Shown here piece by piece: positions 36,352 to 46,862 of a stretch of DNA of 48,127 nucleotides. The stretch lies in the NCBI GenBank assembly GCA_043826455.1, contig JBDRQD010000059.1, forward strand, positions 1-48,127, written 5' to 3'. The translations under genes were made by a program, and so were the position numbers. The notes beneath the pieces are model-generated. The model was not told the origin of the DNA. It searched no databases and saw only the letters and a list, made by a program, of their open reading frames with translations. Numbering within the stretch: the first letter of the stretch is position 1; each line of letters starts with the position of its first letter. The stretch is from Candidatus Bathyarchaeota archaeon (GTDB lineage: Archaea > Thermoproteota > Bathyarchaeia > TCS64).

Positions 36352-37494
36352 ATGAGAGATCTACGCCCCCAGAAACAGCACAGAACCCCTGAGGAGACAC
36401 TCACCCACCTCAAGTCCACCACCCTCAAGCCCCGGTACAGCGCCGGGGTCTGGTACTTCTACCCCGGCGGAGGCAGGTTCCACGAGGCCTACATCGACAA
36501 GGGCACCATAGAGGACACCCTCAGAAAGGTGGCGTGGCTCCACGACGAGGGCTACGTGGACTCGGGGTTCGCCGTGGAGGCCCACTTCCCCAACGAGGTC
36601 AACCGCGACAACCTCCACCTGTACAAGAGCCTGGAGAAGGAGACCGGCATCAAGCTCATCACGGCCATCCCCTTCCTCTTCTACGACCGCCGCTACGAGT
36701 GGGGCAGCCTCAGCAACCCCGACGAGAAGATCAGAAGGCACGCCATAAGCCGCACCGTGGAGGCCCTTGAGCTCAACAGGGAGCTGGGCACCGAGTTCGC
36801 CGTGGTCTGGCCCGGTATCGACGGCTACGAAAACCCCTTCGGCCACGACTACTACGGCATGTGGACCCGGTTCGAGTCAGGCCTAGCGGAGGCCATGGAC
36901 GCGGTCCCAGGCGTCCGGGTGGCCCTGGAGCCCAAGCCCTACGAGCCCCGCGGCAACAACATCTACAGGAACACGGCCAACGGCTTGCTGATGGCCCGGG
37001 ACGTGGAGGCCAGGCTCAAGGCACCGGAGAACAAGCGGCTGCTGAAGCAGGGCCACGCCTTGGTGGGCCTCAACCCGGAGGTGGGCCACGTCCTCATGGG
37101 TCACGAGGAGCTGGCCTACAGCTTCGCCTCGGCGCTAAGAGAAGGCCGCCTCATGCACAGCCACTGGAACAGTCAGCCCCTGGGCAACTACGACCAGGAC
37201 CTCAACGTGGGCGTCCTCGACGTGAACCAGATGCTGGCCACGCTCCTCGTCTTCAAGCTCTACGGCTACGACGGCTACTACGGAGTAGACATCAACCCGG
37301 AGCGGATGCCCGTGGAGAGGGCCCTGGTTCTCAGCATGAACGCCCTGGACGCTGGGGCTGACACCGTCAACTACCTCGACTACGACCGTCTGGTGGAGGC
37401 CATGCATGACCCAGCGGCCCATAGGGGCGTCCTGGAGGACGTCCTCATCAGGGCCCTGGCCCCGGATAAATCAAAGCTCAGGCCTCTACCATAA
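36352..37494 (+). CDS. Xylose isomerase-like TIM-barrel protein
   Basis: VWPGIDG, LEPKPYEPR, NPEVGH, DQD metal ligands; near xylB. Confidence 0.85.
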   Translation: MRDLRPQKQHRTPEETLTHLKSTTLKPRYSAGVWYFYPGGGRFHEAYIDKGTIEDTLRKVAWLHDEGYVDSGFAVEAHFPNEVNRDNLHLYKSLEKETGIKLITAIPFLFYDRRYEWGSLSNPDEKIRRHAISRTVEALELNRELGTEFAVVWPGIDGYENPFGHDYYGMWTRFESGLAEAMDAVPGVRVALEPKPYEPRGNNIYRNTANGLLMARDVEARLKAPENKRLLKQGHALVGLNPEVGHVLMGHEELAYSFASALREGRLMHSHWNSQPLGNYDQDLNVGVLDVNQMLATLLVFKLYGYDGYYGVDINPERMPVERALVLSMNALDAGADTVNYLDYDRLVEAMHDPAAHRGVLEDVLIRALAPDKSKLRPLP

Positions 37495-37592
37495 ACTCTG
37501 GGGACGGCTCCTCCACCCTATCTCCCTAGGTAATTGTATTTGCCTAGAAATGCCTACATGGTTTATATCGGGGGCGGCTTAACTGCAGGGAA

Positions 37593-38969
37593 ATGGACGG
37601 AAAACTGGCGGTAGAGGCGATATTCGCGGTCTCATGCGCAGCCATGATCTACCTTGTGCTCAGGAAGCCCAGCGTCCACCTTAGCCTCGGCCCGAGAAGG
37701 ATCAAGCTAGACACCTACTACATAGGCGCTCTCCTCGGGCCGACGCTGCTCATCGCCTCCGGACTGGTGAATCAGTCTCAGATAGTGAGGGGTCTCCAGG
37801 GTGAGGGCGGACTAAACCCCTTCGGCGTCCTGGTCCTTTTCCTCTCCATGGTGTTCATAAGCATCTACCTGGACATCACGGGGTTCTTCGAGTTCTGCGC
37901 CCGCCTCGCCTTAAAGTTCGCGGGCGGAGACGGCAGACGCCTCTTCTTCAGTCTCTACATTATCGTCTCCATCCTCACGGTGTTTACGTCCAACGACATA
38001 GTGATTCTCACCTTCACACCCTTCGTCTACTACTTCAGTAAGAACGCGGACATAGACCCCAAGCCCTACCTGATAGCCGAGTTCTTCGCGGCTAACACGT
38101 GGAGCATGATGCTCTACATAGGGAACCCCACGAACATACTCCTAGCGTCGGCCTTCGGACTCCGCTTCGACCAGTACCTCAGGTGGATGTTCTGGCCCGC
38201 CCTCGCCGCCGGCTTCGTCAACATGCTTCTTCTATATCTCATATTCAAGGACAGAGTAACCAAGCCTATAACCCAACTAGAAGAGCTGAGGCCCTTGGAT
38301 GCCTTGAGGGACGTAAGGGGCGCCGTCCTGGGGCTGGGGACTCTCGGAGGGTGCATATGTGCCTTGGCCGTTGCGCCATACCTGGGCATAGAGATGTGGA
38401 CTGTGTCGCTGGGGTTCGCGGTCGCCCTTTTGGTGGTCCTGCTGGTAAGGGACGCAGCATTGGGAAGAACGTTGAGCCCTAAACCTGTGCGTCGCCAGCT
38501 CGCACCCACCCTGAAGAGGATGCCTCTGGGCATTGTTCCCTTCGTCCTGGCCCTCTTCATAACTGTTGAGGCCCTAAGGGTCTATGGGGTCACAGAGGAC
38601 GCTGGCCTGCTCATCAGCAGCGTCTGCGGCGGGTCCACCACCCTGCACGCCCTCGTCTTCGGGTTGTCCTCAGCCCTCTCCGCCAACTTCCTGAACAACA
38701 TACCCATGACCGTCGCCTTCGTCCCCATCGCCGGCTCCGTGGCCCAGCCCCACCTGCTGGCCTCGGTCCTCGCCACCACCATCGGGTCGAACCTGGGGGC
38801 CAACATCACCCCCATAGGGGCGCTGGCCGGGATAATGTGGATGAGCATACTGCGTGAGAAAGAGGTACAGATAACTTTCACGGAGTTCGTGAGACACGGC
38901 CTGACGGTCACCCCGGTGACCCTCCTAGTGTGCCTCGGTGTGCTCGCCCTCGAGTTCATGCTGTTCTGA
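37593..38969 (+). CDS. ArsB/NhaD (IT superfamily) permease
   Basis: FTSND, IGNPTN, NNIPMT, GSNLGANITPIGALAG. Confidence 0.85.
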   Translation: MDGKLAVEAIFAVSCAAMIYLVLRKPSVHLSLGPRRIKLDTYYIGALLGPTLLIASGLVNQSQIVRGLQGEGGLNPFGVLVLFLSMVFISIYLDITGFFEFCARLALKFAGGDGRRLFFSLYIIVSILTVFTSNDIVILTFTPFVYYFSKNADIDPKPYLIAEFFAANTWSMMLYIGNPTNILLASAFGLRFDQYLRWMFWPALAAGFVNMLLLYLIFKDRVTKPITQLEELRPLDALRDVRGAVLGLGTLGGCICALAVAPYLGIEMWTVSLGFAVALLVVLLVRDAALGRTLSPKPVRRQLAPTLKRMPLGIVPFVLALFITVEALRVYGVTEDAGLLISSVCGGSTTLHALVFGLSSALSANFLNNIPMTVAFVPIAGSVAQPHLLASVLATTIGSNLGANITPIGALAGIMWMSILREKEVQITFTEFVRHGLTVTPVTLLVCLGVLALEFMLF

Positions 38970-38993
38970 GGTCAACGCCGCCTCACCTGGCCA

Positions 38994-39722
38994 TTAACGA
39001 AGAACTCCCTCTGACTCACCTGGGCCCTCAACCATGACGAACTCGGGGACCACGCCCCCCACCCCGTGAAGGCCCTCGTAGAGAACCAGAACCCCCTGAA
39101 CTCCACTGATACCGAGGCCCTGCCGTATCGCGGACCTAACCACCTCACCGCCGCCGCCTGAGACCATGTTGCACACCGCTGTGGCGGCGGCGTCAGCCAG
39201 ACCCGCCGAATCGGCGAACACCGTTACGGAGTCAGCCTCACCGAAGCTGAAGGCGTGGCTATACCAGGCAGAGCTGGTGGCCACGCCGATAGGAGCCTTT
39301 GTTATCTGGAAGCCCAGGCGACCAGAAGGCCACCGGTCCCCTGCCCGGAACCCAACGTAGACTGCCCCGGAGCCATGGACGGAAGCCTCGCCGCCGTTCT
39401 CTACCACGGCGTGAGAGGCCCCTGCGTCCACCATGGCCTCCCTGGCCAGGTCCGCAAGCACCCCCGCCACGGCTGCCATGGGGCCCACACCGCAAGCCTC
39501 AGCGGCCTCAGCCATGCGGGCCGCCACCTCCGGGCCGCCCCTGCACGGAACCGGCTCAAGGCTGTGCCTGAACCAGGGGTCCCGCTCGATGTACTTGATG
39601 AGAGCCCGCCGGTTTCTGTTCAGCGAGTCCAATCCAACCTCGATGAACTCAGGGTGATCTGAGGACAGGACGCCCCTAGTGTCACCGAAAGCGTAAGTGG
39701 ACCTGTGCCTAGCCGACATCAC
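38994..39722 (-). CDS. UPF0280 (COG2122, ApbE-like) protein
   Basis: VGPMAAVAG, VENGG, ATSS..HAFSFG.AD, ADAAATA. Confidence 0.88.
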   Translation of the reverse strand: MMSARHRSTYAFGDTRGVLSSDHPEFIEVGLDSLNRNRRALIKYIERDPWFRHSLEPVPCRGGPEVAARMAEAAEACGVGPMAAVAGVLADLAREAMVDAGASHAVVENGGEASVHGSGAVYVGFRAGDRWPSGRLGFQITKAPIGVATSSAWYSHAFSFGEADSVTVFADSAGLADAAATAVCNMVSGGGGEVVRSAIRQGLGISGVQGVLVLYEGLHGVGGVVPEFVMVEGPGESEGVLR

Positions 39723-39729
39723 GGAGCCT

Positions 39730-41094
39730 CTACGCGGGGAGGGTGATGGCCCTCAGGGGGCAGGCGTCCACGCACTCTCCGCAGTTCACGCACTTGGCTC
39801 GGTCCAGGCTCACCTTATTTTGGCTGTCCAGACTGATGGCCTCCTCGGGGCAGAGGGCCACGCATGCACCGCAGCTGATGCACCTGCGCCCGTCTATGCC
39901 CGGCTGCCGCTGCGTGGGCTGCCTGACTGCCTGGCGGTCGTCCTGCCTCATGGGGCTGAACACCGTATCCCGGGGCAGCCGCTCCACAGGCGCTGACAGC
40001 AGGAACTCTCCGCCCTCGATCCAGTTCTTAAGCTCCAAGGTGATCTCCTGTGCCTTGCTGAGGCTGGTCAGGGGGCTCACCCTCACATCCTGCCCGGCCA
40101 CCGTGATCCTGCCTGACTTGAGCTGCCGGTAGCTGACGGAGCCCAGCACTGGTTTGCTTCTCCGGGGGGTGCCGTAGTCCTCCACGTTGGTGAGCACCTG
40201 GCTGTCCCGCACGGCCACCTTCTGGGCCACCCCCTCGTTGAGGATGGGTATGGGTACCCCCAAGCCCACATACAGGGTTGTGCCGTACCTGGTGTAGCTT
40301 GCCGCCCTCACGTAGTCAGGGGTCATCTGCTTGGCGTCCCCCTTCACCATGAGGGTGCCCAACGCCTTGGCTGGGTTGTGCTGGGTGCCCTCCCCTATGA
40401 CGTAGCCTACGCCACCGCCCAGGAATATCCTGGTGCCGACGCCGATGGTCTCGTAGTCCGGGTCGTTCACCAGGGGGTTCAGCTCCCCGGCCCCCGAGTA
40501 GGTGGCGTTGCCGTACCTGGGCAGCAGCTTCCCCATGTAGGTGTATATGGTCTCGTCCCTGCTGTTGGTGGCGCAGCTGTACCTCTGGTAGCAGTTCCTG
40601 AAGTTAAGGAGCTGGAACTGGTTCAGGTCGTCCTTGGTGACGACCGTGCTCAGCCTTGTCCGGGGGTAGCAGTCCGTGCCCGGCGAATTTGCCTTCAGCT
40701 CCACCTCCTCGCCCCTTATCAGGGCCTCTATGACGTGGGCGCCCCCGTACTCGTAGAGGTCGTCCCCGGCAGTCTGGGTGGCCCCAATGTACAGGTCAAC
40801 GGCTGCCCCCGGGTGGCTCACGGGCACCCCATTGAGCCACGCGTCCCTGATCTTTATGGGCGGGTCCGCGTGGCCCAGGTTGACCACGGCGCCGCTGCTG
40901 CACATGGCCCCCATGGTGCCCGTGGTGACCACGTCCACCTCATTGAAGGCAGCCTTGACTCCGCTGCTCTCCACAAGCGCCTTCATCTCGGAGACCGTCA
41001 GAACCTGGACGTCTCCGCTACTGATCTTCTCGTTGATCTCTTCAACTGTTCGGGTCTTATCGCCTTGTTTGAGTGGCTTTTCCCTCCGACCCAT
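39730..41094 (-). CDS. DUF39 homocysteine biosynthesis protein fused to a 2x[4Fe-4S] ferredoxin
   Basis: VDVVTTGT.GAMCSSG, RNCYQ.Y, YTYMG; C-terminal CISCGACVALCP and CVNCGECVDACP. Confidence 0.88.
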   Translation of the reverse strand: MGRREKPLKQGDKTRTVEEINEKISSGDVQVLTVSEMKALVESSGVKAAFNEVDVVTTGTMGAMCSSGAVVNLGHADPPIKIRDAWLNGVPVSHPGAAVDLYIGATQTAGDDLYEYGGAHVIEALIRGEEVELKANSPGTDCYPRTRLSTVVTKDDLNQFQLLNFRNCYQRYSCATNSRDETIYTYMGKLLPRYGNATYSGAGELNPLVNDPDYETIGVGTRIFLGGGVGYVIGEGTQHNPAKALGTLMVKGDAKQMTPDYVRAASYTRYGTTLYVGLGVPIPILNEGVAQKVAVRDSQVLTNVEDYGTPRRSKPVLGSVSYRQLKSGRITVAGQDVRVSPLTSLSKAQEITLELKNWIEGGEFLLSAPVERLPRDTVFSPMRQDDRQAVRQPTQRQPGIDGRRCISCGACVALCPEEAISLDSQNKVSLDRAKCVNCGECVDACPLRAITLPA

Positions 41095-41205
41095 CCACAG
41101 CCACCATTCCGGAATAAATATTTTTTTGCACCTCATATTCCGGGGGGAATCACCAGTCTTGGTATCTGCTTAAATAATACGCCCTAATCTTTCATTGCGA
41201 TACCA

Positions 41206-42984
41206 TTGAGGGTGGCCGTAGTCGACAAGGAGCGGTGCAGGCCAGACAAGTGTGACCTGGTGTGCATTAGGTTCTGCCCCATGGTGCGCACCCGCAAGGA
41301 GGCCATCAGGCTGGGAGACGACGACAAGGCCTACGTGAGCGAGCTCATCTGCAGCGGCTGCGGCATCTGCGTCAAGAAGTGCCCCTTCGACGCTCTGCGT
41401 ATCGTCAACCTACCTGACGAGCTGGAGACCGACCGCATCCACAGGTTCGGGCCCAACGCCTTCACCCTCTACAGGCTGCCAACCCCCAGAAGGGGCCATG
41501 TGACGGGGCTCCTGGGCAGGAACGGCACTGGCAAGTCCACCATCCTCAGGATACTGGCTGGGGAAATGGTGCCCAACCTGGGCGTACACGCGGAGCCGGC
41601 CGAGAAGGAGAACGTCGTCGAGAACTTCAGGGGCAAGCCCCTGGAGGAGTACTTCAGGGGCGTCTACGGCGGCGGCGTCAAGGCCGTCCACAAGCCCCAG
41701 TACGTGGACAAGATACCCAAGGTGGTTCAGGGTAAGACCGGCGACCTCCTAAGGAGACTGGACGAGAGGGGCGCCCTGGAGTCCATTCTGGACGACCTGG
41801 AGATCAGGCACCTCATGGACAGGGACCTGGATGTGCTGAGCGGCGGCGAGCTCCAGCGGGTGGCCATAGCTACAGCCATCATCCGCCAGGCCCAGGTGTA
41901 CCTGTTCGACGAGCCCAGCAGCTTCCTGGACATCTACCAGCGGACTAGGGCCGCCAGGATCATCAGGCGGCTGGCAGAGGACGACAGGGTAGTGGTGGTA
42001 GCGGAGCACGACCTGGCGGTGCTGGACTATCTGAGCGACGACGTTTTCCTCCTGTACGGTGAGCCCGACGTCTACGGCATCGTCAGCAACGTCCACACGG
42101 TCCGGGAGGGCATCAACATCTACATCAACGGCTACATCCCAGACGAGAACGTCAGGTTCAGGCCCAGCCCCATAGTGTTCCACGAGAAGCCGCCGGTGGA
42201 GCAGACGGGCAAGACCTACACGCTGCTCTCCTGGAGCAGGCTGGTGAAGGACTACGGAGGTTTCAGGCTGGAGGTTGAGGCAGGGAAGATCGGCATGGGG
42301 GAGGTGGTAGGCATCCTGGGGATGAACGGCATAGGCAAGACCACCTTCATCAGGATGCTGGCAGGCGTGGAGGAACCAACCGAGGGCTCAGTGAGCAACC
42401 CGGAGATCAAGGTGAGCTACAAGCCTCAGTACATCAGCGCTTCCGTGGAGGGTACCGTGGAGCAGGTTCTCAGGAAGGCGGCTGGCACCAAGTTCAGTGA
42501 GAGCTGGTACAACACAGAGATCATAGAGCCCCTCCACGTGAAGCGCTTCCTGGACAGGGACGTGACCGTCCTCAGCGGCGGCGAGCTGCAGCGGGTGGCC
42601 ATCGCGGAGTGCCTCAGCAGGGACGCCGACATCTATCTGCTGGACGAGCCGAGCGCGTACCTTGACGTGGAGGAGCGCCTCGCCGTAGCCCGCTCCATAA
42701 GGCGCATCACCAAGATGAGGGGCGTCACGGCCTTCGTCGTGGAGCACGATATAGTCACCCAGGACTTCATAGCCGACAAGCTCATGGTGTTCACCGGCGA
42801 GACCGGGGTCAGGGGACACGCCGGCGACCCAGTGAGCCTGGAGGACGGCATGAACGGGTTCCTGGAGATCATGGAGGTCACCTTCAGAAGGGACCCCGAC
42901 ACCAAGAGGCCCCGCGTCAATAAGCCTGACAGCAGGCTGGACCGGGAGCAGAAGCAGTCAGGCCGCTACTATTATAGCCAGTAG
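41206..42984 (+). CDS. rli: Ribosome recycling ATPase ABCE1/RLI
   Basis: N-terminal Fe-S cysteines, two ABC domains (LSGGELQR), C-terminal TFRRD..RPRVNK. Confidence 0.96.
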   Translation: MRVAVVDKERCRPDKCDLVCIRFCPMVRTRKEAIRLGDDDKAYVSELICSGCGICVKKCPFDALRIVNLPDELETDRIHRFGPNAFTLYRLPTPRRGHVTGLLGRNGTGKSTILRILAGEMVPNLGVHAEPAEKENVVENFRGKPLEEYFRGVYGGGVKAVHKPQYVDKIPKVVQGKTGDLLRRLDERGALESILDDLEIRHLMDRDLDVLSGGELQRVAIATAIIRQAQVYLFDEPSSFLDIYQRTRAARIIRRLAEDDRVVVVAEHDLAVLDYLSDDVFLLYGEPDVYGIVSNVHTVREGINIYINGYIPDENVRFRPSPIVFHEKPPVEQTGKTYTLLSWSRLVKDYGGFRLEVEAGKIGMGEVVGILGMNGIGKTTFIRMLAGVEEPTEGSVSNPEIKVSYKPQYISASVEGTVEQVLRKAAGTKFSESWYNTEIIEPLHVKRFLDRDVTVLSGGELQRVAIAECLSRDADIYLLDEPSAYLDVEERLAVARSIRRITKMRGVTAFVVEHDIVTQDFIADKLMVFTGETGVRGHAGDPVSLEDGMNGFLEIMEVTFRRDPDTKRPRVNKPDSRLDREQKQSGRYYYSQ

Positions 42985-42998
42985 CCCAACAAACAGGC

Positions 42999-43532
42999 AT
43001 GGCCCGGCTCCGCTTCCACAGGTTCCCCACCGTTTTCGGAGAGCTCACCCTGGTCTGGGGCGAGCCTCACACCGTCAACAGAATCTATCTTCCCGGTAGA
43101 GACACCACCATGACCAAGGATTACCCGGAGGCGAAACAAGGGGCAGACCCGAACATCAGGCAACTGGCTGAGAGCATATCACGGTTCCTAGCGGGCAAGG
43201 ACGTGCACTTCAGCATGGACGCAGTCGCCTTGGAGACCTGCTCCGAGTTCCAGAGGCGGGTGCTCCTCGCCGAGTACGGCATACCTAGGGGCCACGTGTC
43301 CACGTACCAGAGGATCGCGGAGCACATAGGGTGCCCGGGGGGAGCACGGGCCGTGGGTGGAGCCCTCTCAGGCAACCCTTTCCCCATAATCATTGCGTGC
43401 CACAGGGCAGTGAGGTCGGATGGAGGGTTAGGTGGCTACCAGGGCGGCTTGGAGATGAAGAGGCGGCTACTGGAGATGGAGGGAGTAGGCTTCACCGGCG
43501 AAAAGGTGGATCTAATCCGCGTCTACTACTAG
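42999..43532 (+). CDS. ogt: Methylated-DNA--protein-cysteine methyltransferase
   Basis: FQRRV, ARAVG, NPFPIIIACHRAV, GGY. Confidence 0.9.
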   Translation: MARLRFHRFPTVFGELTLVWGEPHTVNRIYLPGRDTTMTKDYPEAKQGADPNIRQLAESISRFLAGKDVHFSMDAVALETCSEFQRRVLLAEYGIPRGHVSTYQRIAEHIGCPGGARAVGGALSGNPFPIIIACHRAVRSDGGLGGYQGGLEMKRRLLEMEGVGFTGEKVDLIRVYY

Positions 43533-44173
43533 TGGATGTTTAGCGCCAGGGCTATGAGGGCCACCGCGATGCCGGCCACCACCATCTTGATGCCATAAAC
43601 CAGTATGTTCTGGCCGCTGATCCGCCCAAGGTAGACGCCCAGAGTGAACAGGGTCGCCAGGCTGGCGGCCACGCTCATCAGGTAGGCTGTCTCCACAGCT
43701 ATCACGCCGGGGACCAGCAGGAAGGGGATCATGCTGGGTATGGCGGCTAGGAAGGGGGCCGAGCCGTCTACCAGGGCCGCGAAGACGCTGACGAACCTGC
43801 TGGCCCTCCCGTAGAGGGTGTCGTCCAGGTTGATGAGCATGGCGTCCTCCAGCTCGTTGAGGCTGTGGTTCCTCTCGGCGCTCTCCGTCATGTAGGTGCC
43901 GCTGAAGCCGCTCACCATCATGGCTATGCCGCTGGTGAGGATGACGCCGATGACGCTGCTGGGCACGTGGATGTGGCTCAGGTAGGCGCCTATCACCACG
44001 CCCAGGCTGGTCATGGCTCCGTCGAAGGCGTTCATGGCGAAGTAGCGGCGCAGAATCTTTGTGGCGCCCGTGACCTCGATGTAGGTGCCTATCTCCTCCA
44101 GGGTGTCAGTGATGCTGCTATGGACCCGATCTAACCCGCTCTGTTGGTCGTCCTCGGAGGGTGACTCCTCCAC
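43529..44173 (-). CDS. VIT1/CCC1 family membrane protein
   Basis: RRYFAMNAFDG, SGTYMTESAER, LGVYLGRIS. Confidence 0.82.
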   Translation of the reverse strand: MEESPSEDDQQSGLDRVHSSITDTLEEIGTYIEVTGATKILRRYFAMNAFDGAMTSLGVVIGAYLSHIHVPSSVIGVILTSGIAMMVSGFSGTYMTESAERNHSLNELEDAMLINLDDTLYGRASRFVSVFAALVDGSAPFLAAIPSMIPFLLVPGVIAVETAYLMSVAASLATLFTLGVYLGRISGQNILVYGIKMVVAGIAVALIALALNIH

Positions 44174-44423
44174 CTAACATGCACTCCTCGCCGTAGAACA
44201 AACGCTACAAGAAAACTGGTTCAGAGTATTACCCATGCGCTTCCGAACGCTCACATCGGGTAACCGGTACAAGTTAATAAAACTTACCCCATAGAAGGCA
44301 TATATATTCAGGGTGACCGAGCACAGGTTTTGCGCATATTATCAAGAAAATTATCCCAGATGGGCAGTGTGACATGCCCACTCCGCTTTTATTCCTCAAA
44401 CACGCAGTCATCCAAGGATCAGA

Positions 44424-45401
44424 ATGATAATTGATTGGCACAACCACTTCTACCCTGACACCTACCTTAAGGGCCTCAAGGAGGAGAGCGGCTACGCCAG
44501 GGTCGAGAGGGACGCCCAGGGCAGGCTCCTCATCCACTACGAGGGAGACTACAACGTCGTGGTGGGCCCCCACATAGACCTGGCTGACCGCATCAAAGGC
44601 ATGGACAGGGGAAGCATAGACATGCAGGTCCTCACCCTCACAACCCCCAGCGTGGAACGGGAGAAACCCGAGACAGGTGTGCGCCTGGCCAGGATGGCCA
44701 ACGACGGGTACAGCAGGATAGTGGAGGACAACCCTGACAGGTTCACGGCCCTGGCCGCCCTGCCCCTCCAAGACCCACAGGCATCGGCCGAGGAGCTGGA
44801 GCGGGCAGTCAAGGACCTGGGCCTGCGGGGCGGAACCCTCATGTCCAACGTCGCCGGCAGACCCCTGGACGCCAAGGAGCTAGCACCCGTCTACGAGAAG
44901 GCCGTGAAGCTGGACGTGCCCCTCTACATCCACCCCACGTCACCCATCAACAGCAAGGCCATGGAGGACTACAGGCTGGTGCCCATCCTAGGCTTCGGCG
45001 TAGACACCAGCCTGGCTGTGCTGCGCCTCCTCTTCTCTGGCACCCTGGAGAGGTTCCCCAAGCTGAAGCTGGTGGCGTCCCACCTGGGCGGCGTCTACCC
45101 GTACCTCAGGGGCAGAATAGAGACAGGGTATAACGCTTACCCGGAGTGCAAGGTCAACATCAGCAAGCCCCCGGGCCACTACCTGAAGAAGGTGTGGGTG
45201 GACTCAATCATCTACGACAACGACGTACTCATGTCCACCCTCGCCTACCTTGGCCCCGAGAAAATACTGCTGGGGAGCGACGACCCCCACCAGATCGGGG
45301 ACATCGACAAGGCCGTGGGCAGGATCAAAGCCCTGAAGATACCTGAGAAGGAGAAGCAGATGATCCTGGGAGAGAACTCAAGGAAGCTCCTCAAGCTATA
45401 G
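44424..45401 (+). CDS. Amidohydrolase family protein (ACMSD-like decarboxylase)
   Basis: DWHNH, YIHP, SHLGG, GSDDP. Confidence 0.87.
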   Translation: MIIDWHNHFYPDTYLKGLKEESGYARVERDAQGRLLIHYEGDYNVVVGPHIDLADRIKGMDRGSIDMQVLTLTTPSVEREKPETGVRLARMANDGYSRIVEDNPDRFTALAALPLQDPQASAEELERAVKDLGLRGGTLMSNVAGRPLDAKELAPVYEKAVKLDVPLYIHPTSPINSKAMEDYRLVPILGFGVDTSLAVLRLLFSGTLERFPKLKLVASHLGGVYPYLRGRIETGYNAYPECKVNISKPPGHYLKKVWVDSIIYDNDVLMSTLAYLGPEKILLGSDDPHQIGDIDKAVGRIKALKIPEKEKQMILGENSRKLLKL

Positions 45402-45452
45402 TCCCCGCTGAACCGGCGAATCATCTTTTATCCCTAGCCCCCACCTCTATCC

Positions 45453-46043
45453 ATGGATTCTCATGGCGACCTGAGGCGCTGCTTCGGCGACGGCGACCCT
45501 GTGATGGAGAGGTACCACGACCAGGAGTGGGGGGTACCCACCCACAGCGACGTGGAGCACTACGAGCTCCTGGTGCTTGAGGGCGCCCAGGCGGGGCTGA
45601 GCTGGAGAACCGTGCTTCATAGACGCGACGCCTACAGGGAGGCCTTCAGCGGCTTCGACCCGGCCAAGGTGGCAGGCTACACGACTGAGACCGTAGACGA
45701 CCTGATAGCCGACACAGGGATCATCAGGAACCGGAGGAAGGTGGAGTCCGCCATCAACAACGCCCGGGCCTTCCTCAGGGTCCAGGACGAGTACGGCAGC
45801 TTCGACGAGTACATCTGGGGCTTCGTGGGCCACAGGCCGGCTATGAACGCCTTCAACGACTGGAAGCTGGTGCCTCCGGAGACGGACACCAGCAGGGCCA
45901 TGTGCCGCGACCTCAAGAGGAGGGGCTTCAGCTTCGTGGGGCCAACCATATGCTACGCCTACATGCAGAGCACTGGAATGGTGAACGATCATCTTACAAG
46001 CTGCTTCAGGTGGAGCCAGATCAAGGGGATGCATGGCGGATGA
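45453..46043 (+). CDS. tag: DNA-3-methyladenine glycosylase I
   Basis: YHDQEWG, LEGAQAGLSW, FVGPTICYAYMQ..GMVNDH..C. Confidence 0.95.
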   Translation: MDSHGDLRRCFGDGDPVMERYHDQEWGVPTHSDVEHYELLVLEGAQAGLSWRTVLHRRDAYREAFSGFDPAKVAGYTTETVDDLIADTGIIRNRRKVESAINNARAFLRVQDEYGSFDEYIWGFVGHRPAMNAFNDWKLVPPETDTSRAMCRDLKRRGFSFVGPTICYAYMQSTGMVNDHLTSCFRWSQIKGMHGG

Positions 46044-46076
46044 GAGCATGTCAAAGCGGTCCGAGCCTACACGGGG

Positions 46077-46862
46077 GTGCATCACATGGTGACTGAGAAG
46101 ATAAGGATACAGACCATCGACCTGGGGACAACCAGGAAAAGAAGCGAAGCACTGGACGAGGTAGCCCTCGACGAGCCTGTCTGCATCTTCGTCAACGGCG
46201 AGTACCACGTGACCCTCATCGCCACCCCCGAGTTGAAGAAGGAGCTGACCGTGGGGTACCTCCTCAGCGGAGGCATCCTGGGCTCCGTGGACGACATAGC
46301 GTCCATCGAGACCCGGGACAACGACACACTGGTGGAGACGCGGGGACGGGTGGACCTCCGCGGCGCCATGGTTGACATGATGAACCTCATAGTGACGGCC
46401 TGCAGCGCGAGCCCCAGAGCAGATGGTAAAAAGTCTCGCCTCCCCAGGGTAGAGTCAGACATGAGGGTAGAAGCTAACACGCTAAAGACGATGATAGCGG
46501 AGCTCAACAGGAGGAGCAGCGTCCACATGAGGACCAGGGGGACCCACGCCGCCATGCTGTGCAGCGTGGATGGTGATGTCCTTGCCTTCGCTGAGGACGT
46601 GGGAAGACACAACGCCCTGGACAAGGTGGTGGGGGCACACTCACTCCTAGGAGGCGACCCGGGGGAATGCGTACTGCTGAGCACCGGGAGGCAGTCGGGG
46701 GAGATGGTTCAGAAGGCGGCCAGGGCTGGGGTTCCCGTGGTGTGCTCCATGACGGTCCCCCTCGTATCCGGGATCAGGCTAGCCGAGGCAACGGGCATCA
46801 CCCTGACCTCCCTGGGCGCCGGAAAACTGAAGGTGTACACCTGCCCTGAGAGAATATTGTAG
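46077..46862 (+). CDS. fdhD: Formate dehydrogenase accessory sulfurtransferase
   Basis: EDVGRHNALDKVVG, TGR...EMVQK. Confidence 0.9.
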   Translation: MHHMVTEKIRIQTIDLGTTRKRSEALDEVALDEPVCIFVNGEYHVTLIATPELKKELTVGYLLSGGILGSVDDIASIETRDNDTLVETRGRVDLRGAMVDMMNLIVTACSASPRADGKKSRLPRVESDMRVEANTLKTMIAELNRRSSVHMRTRGTHAAMLCSVDGDVLAFAEDVGRHNALDKVVGAHSLLGGDPGECVLLSTGRQSGEMVQKAARAGVPVVCSMTVPLVSGIRLAEATGITLTSLGAGKLKVYTCPERIL

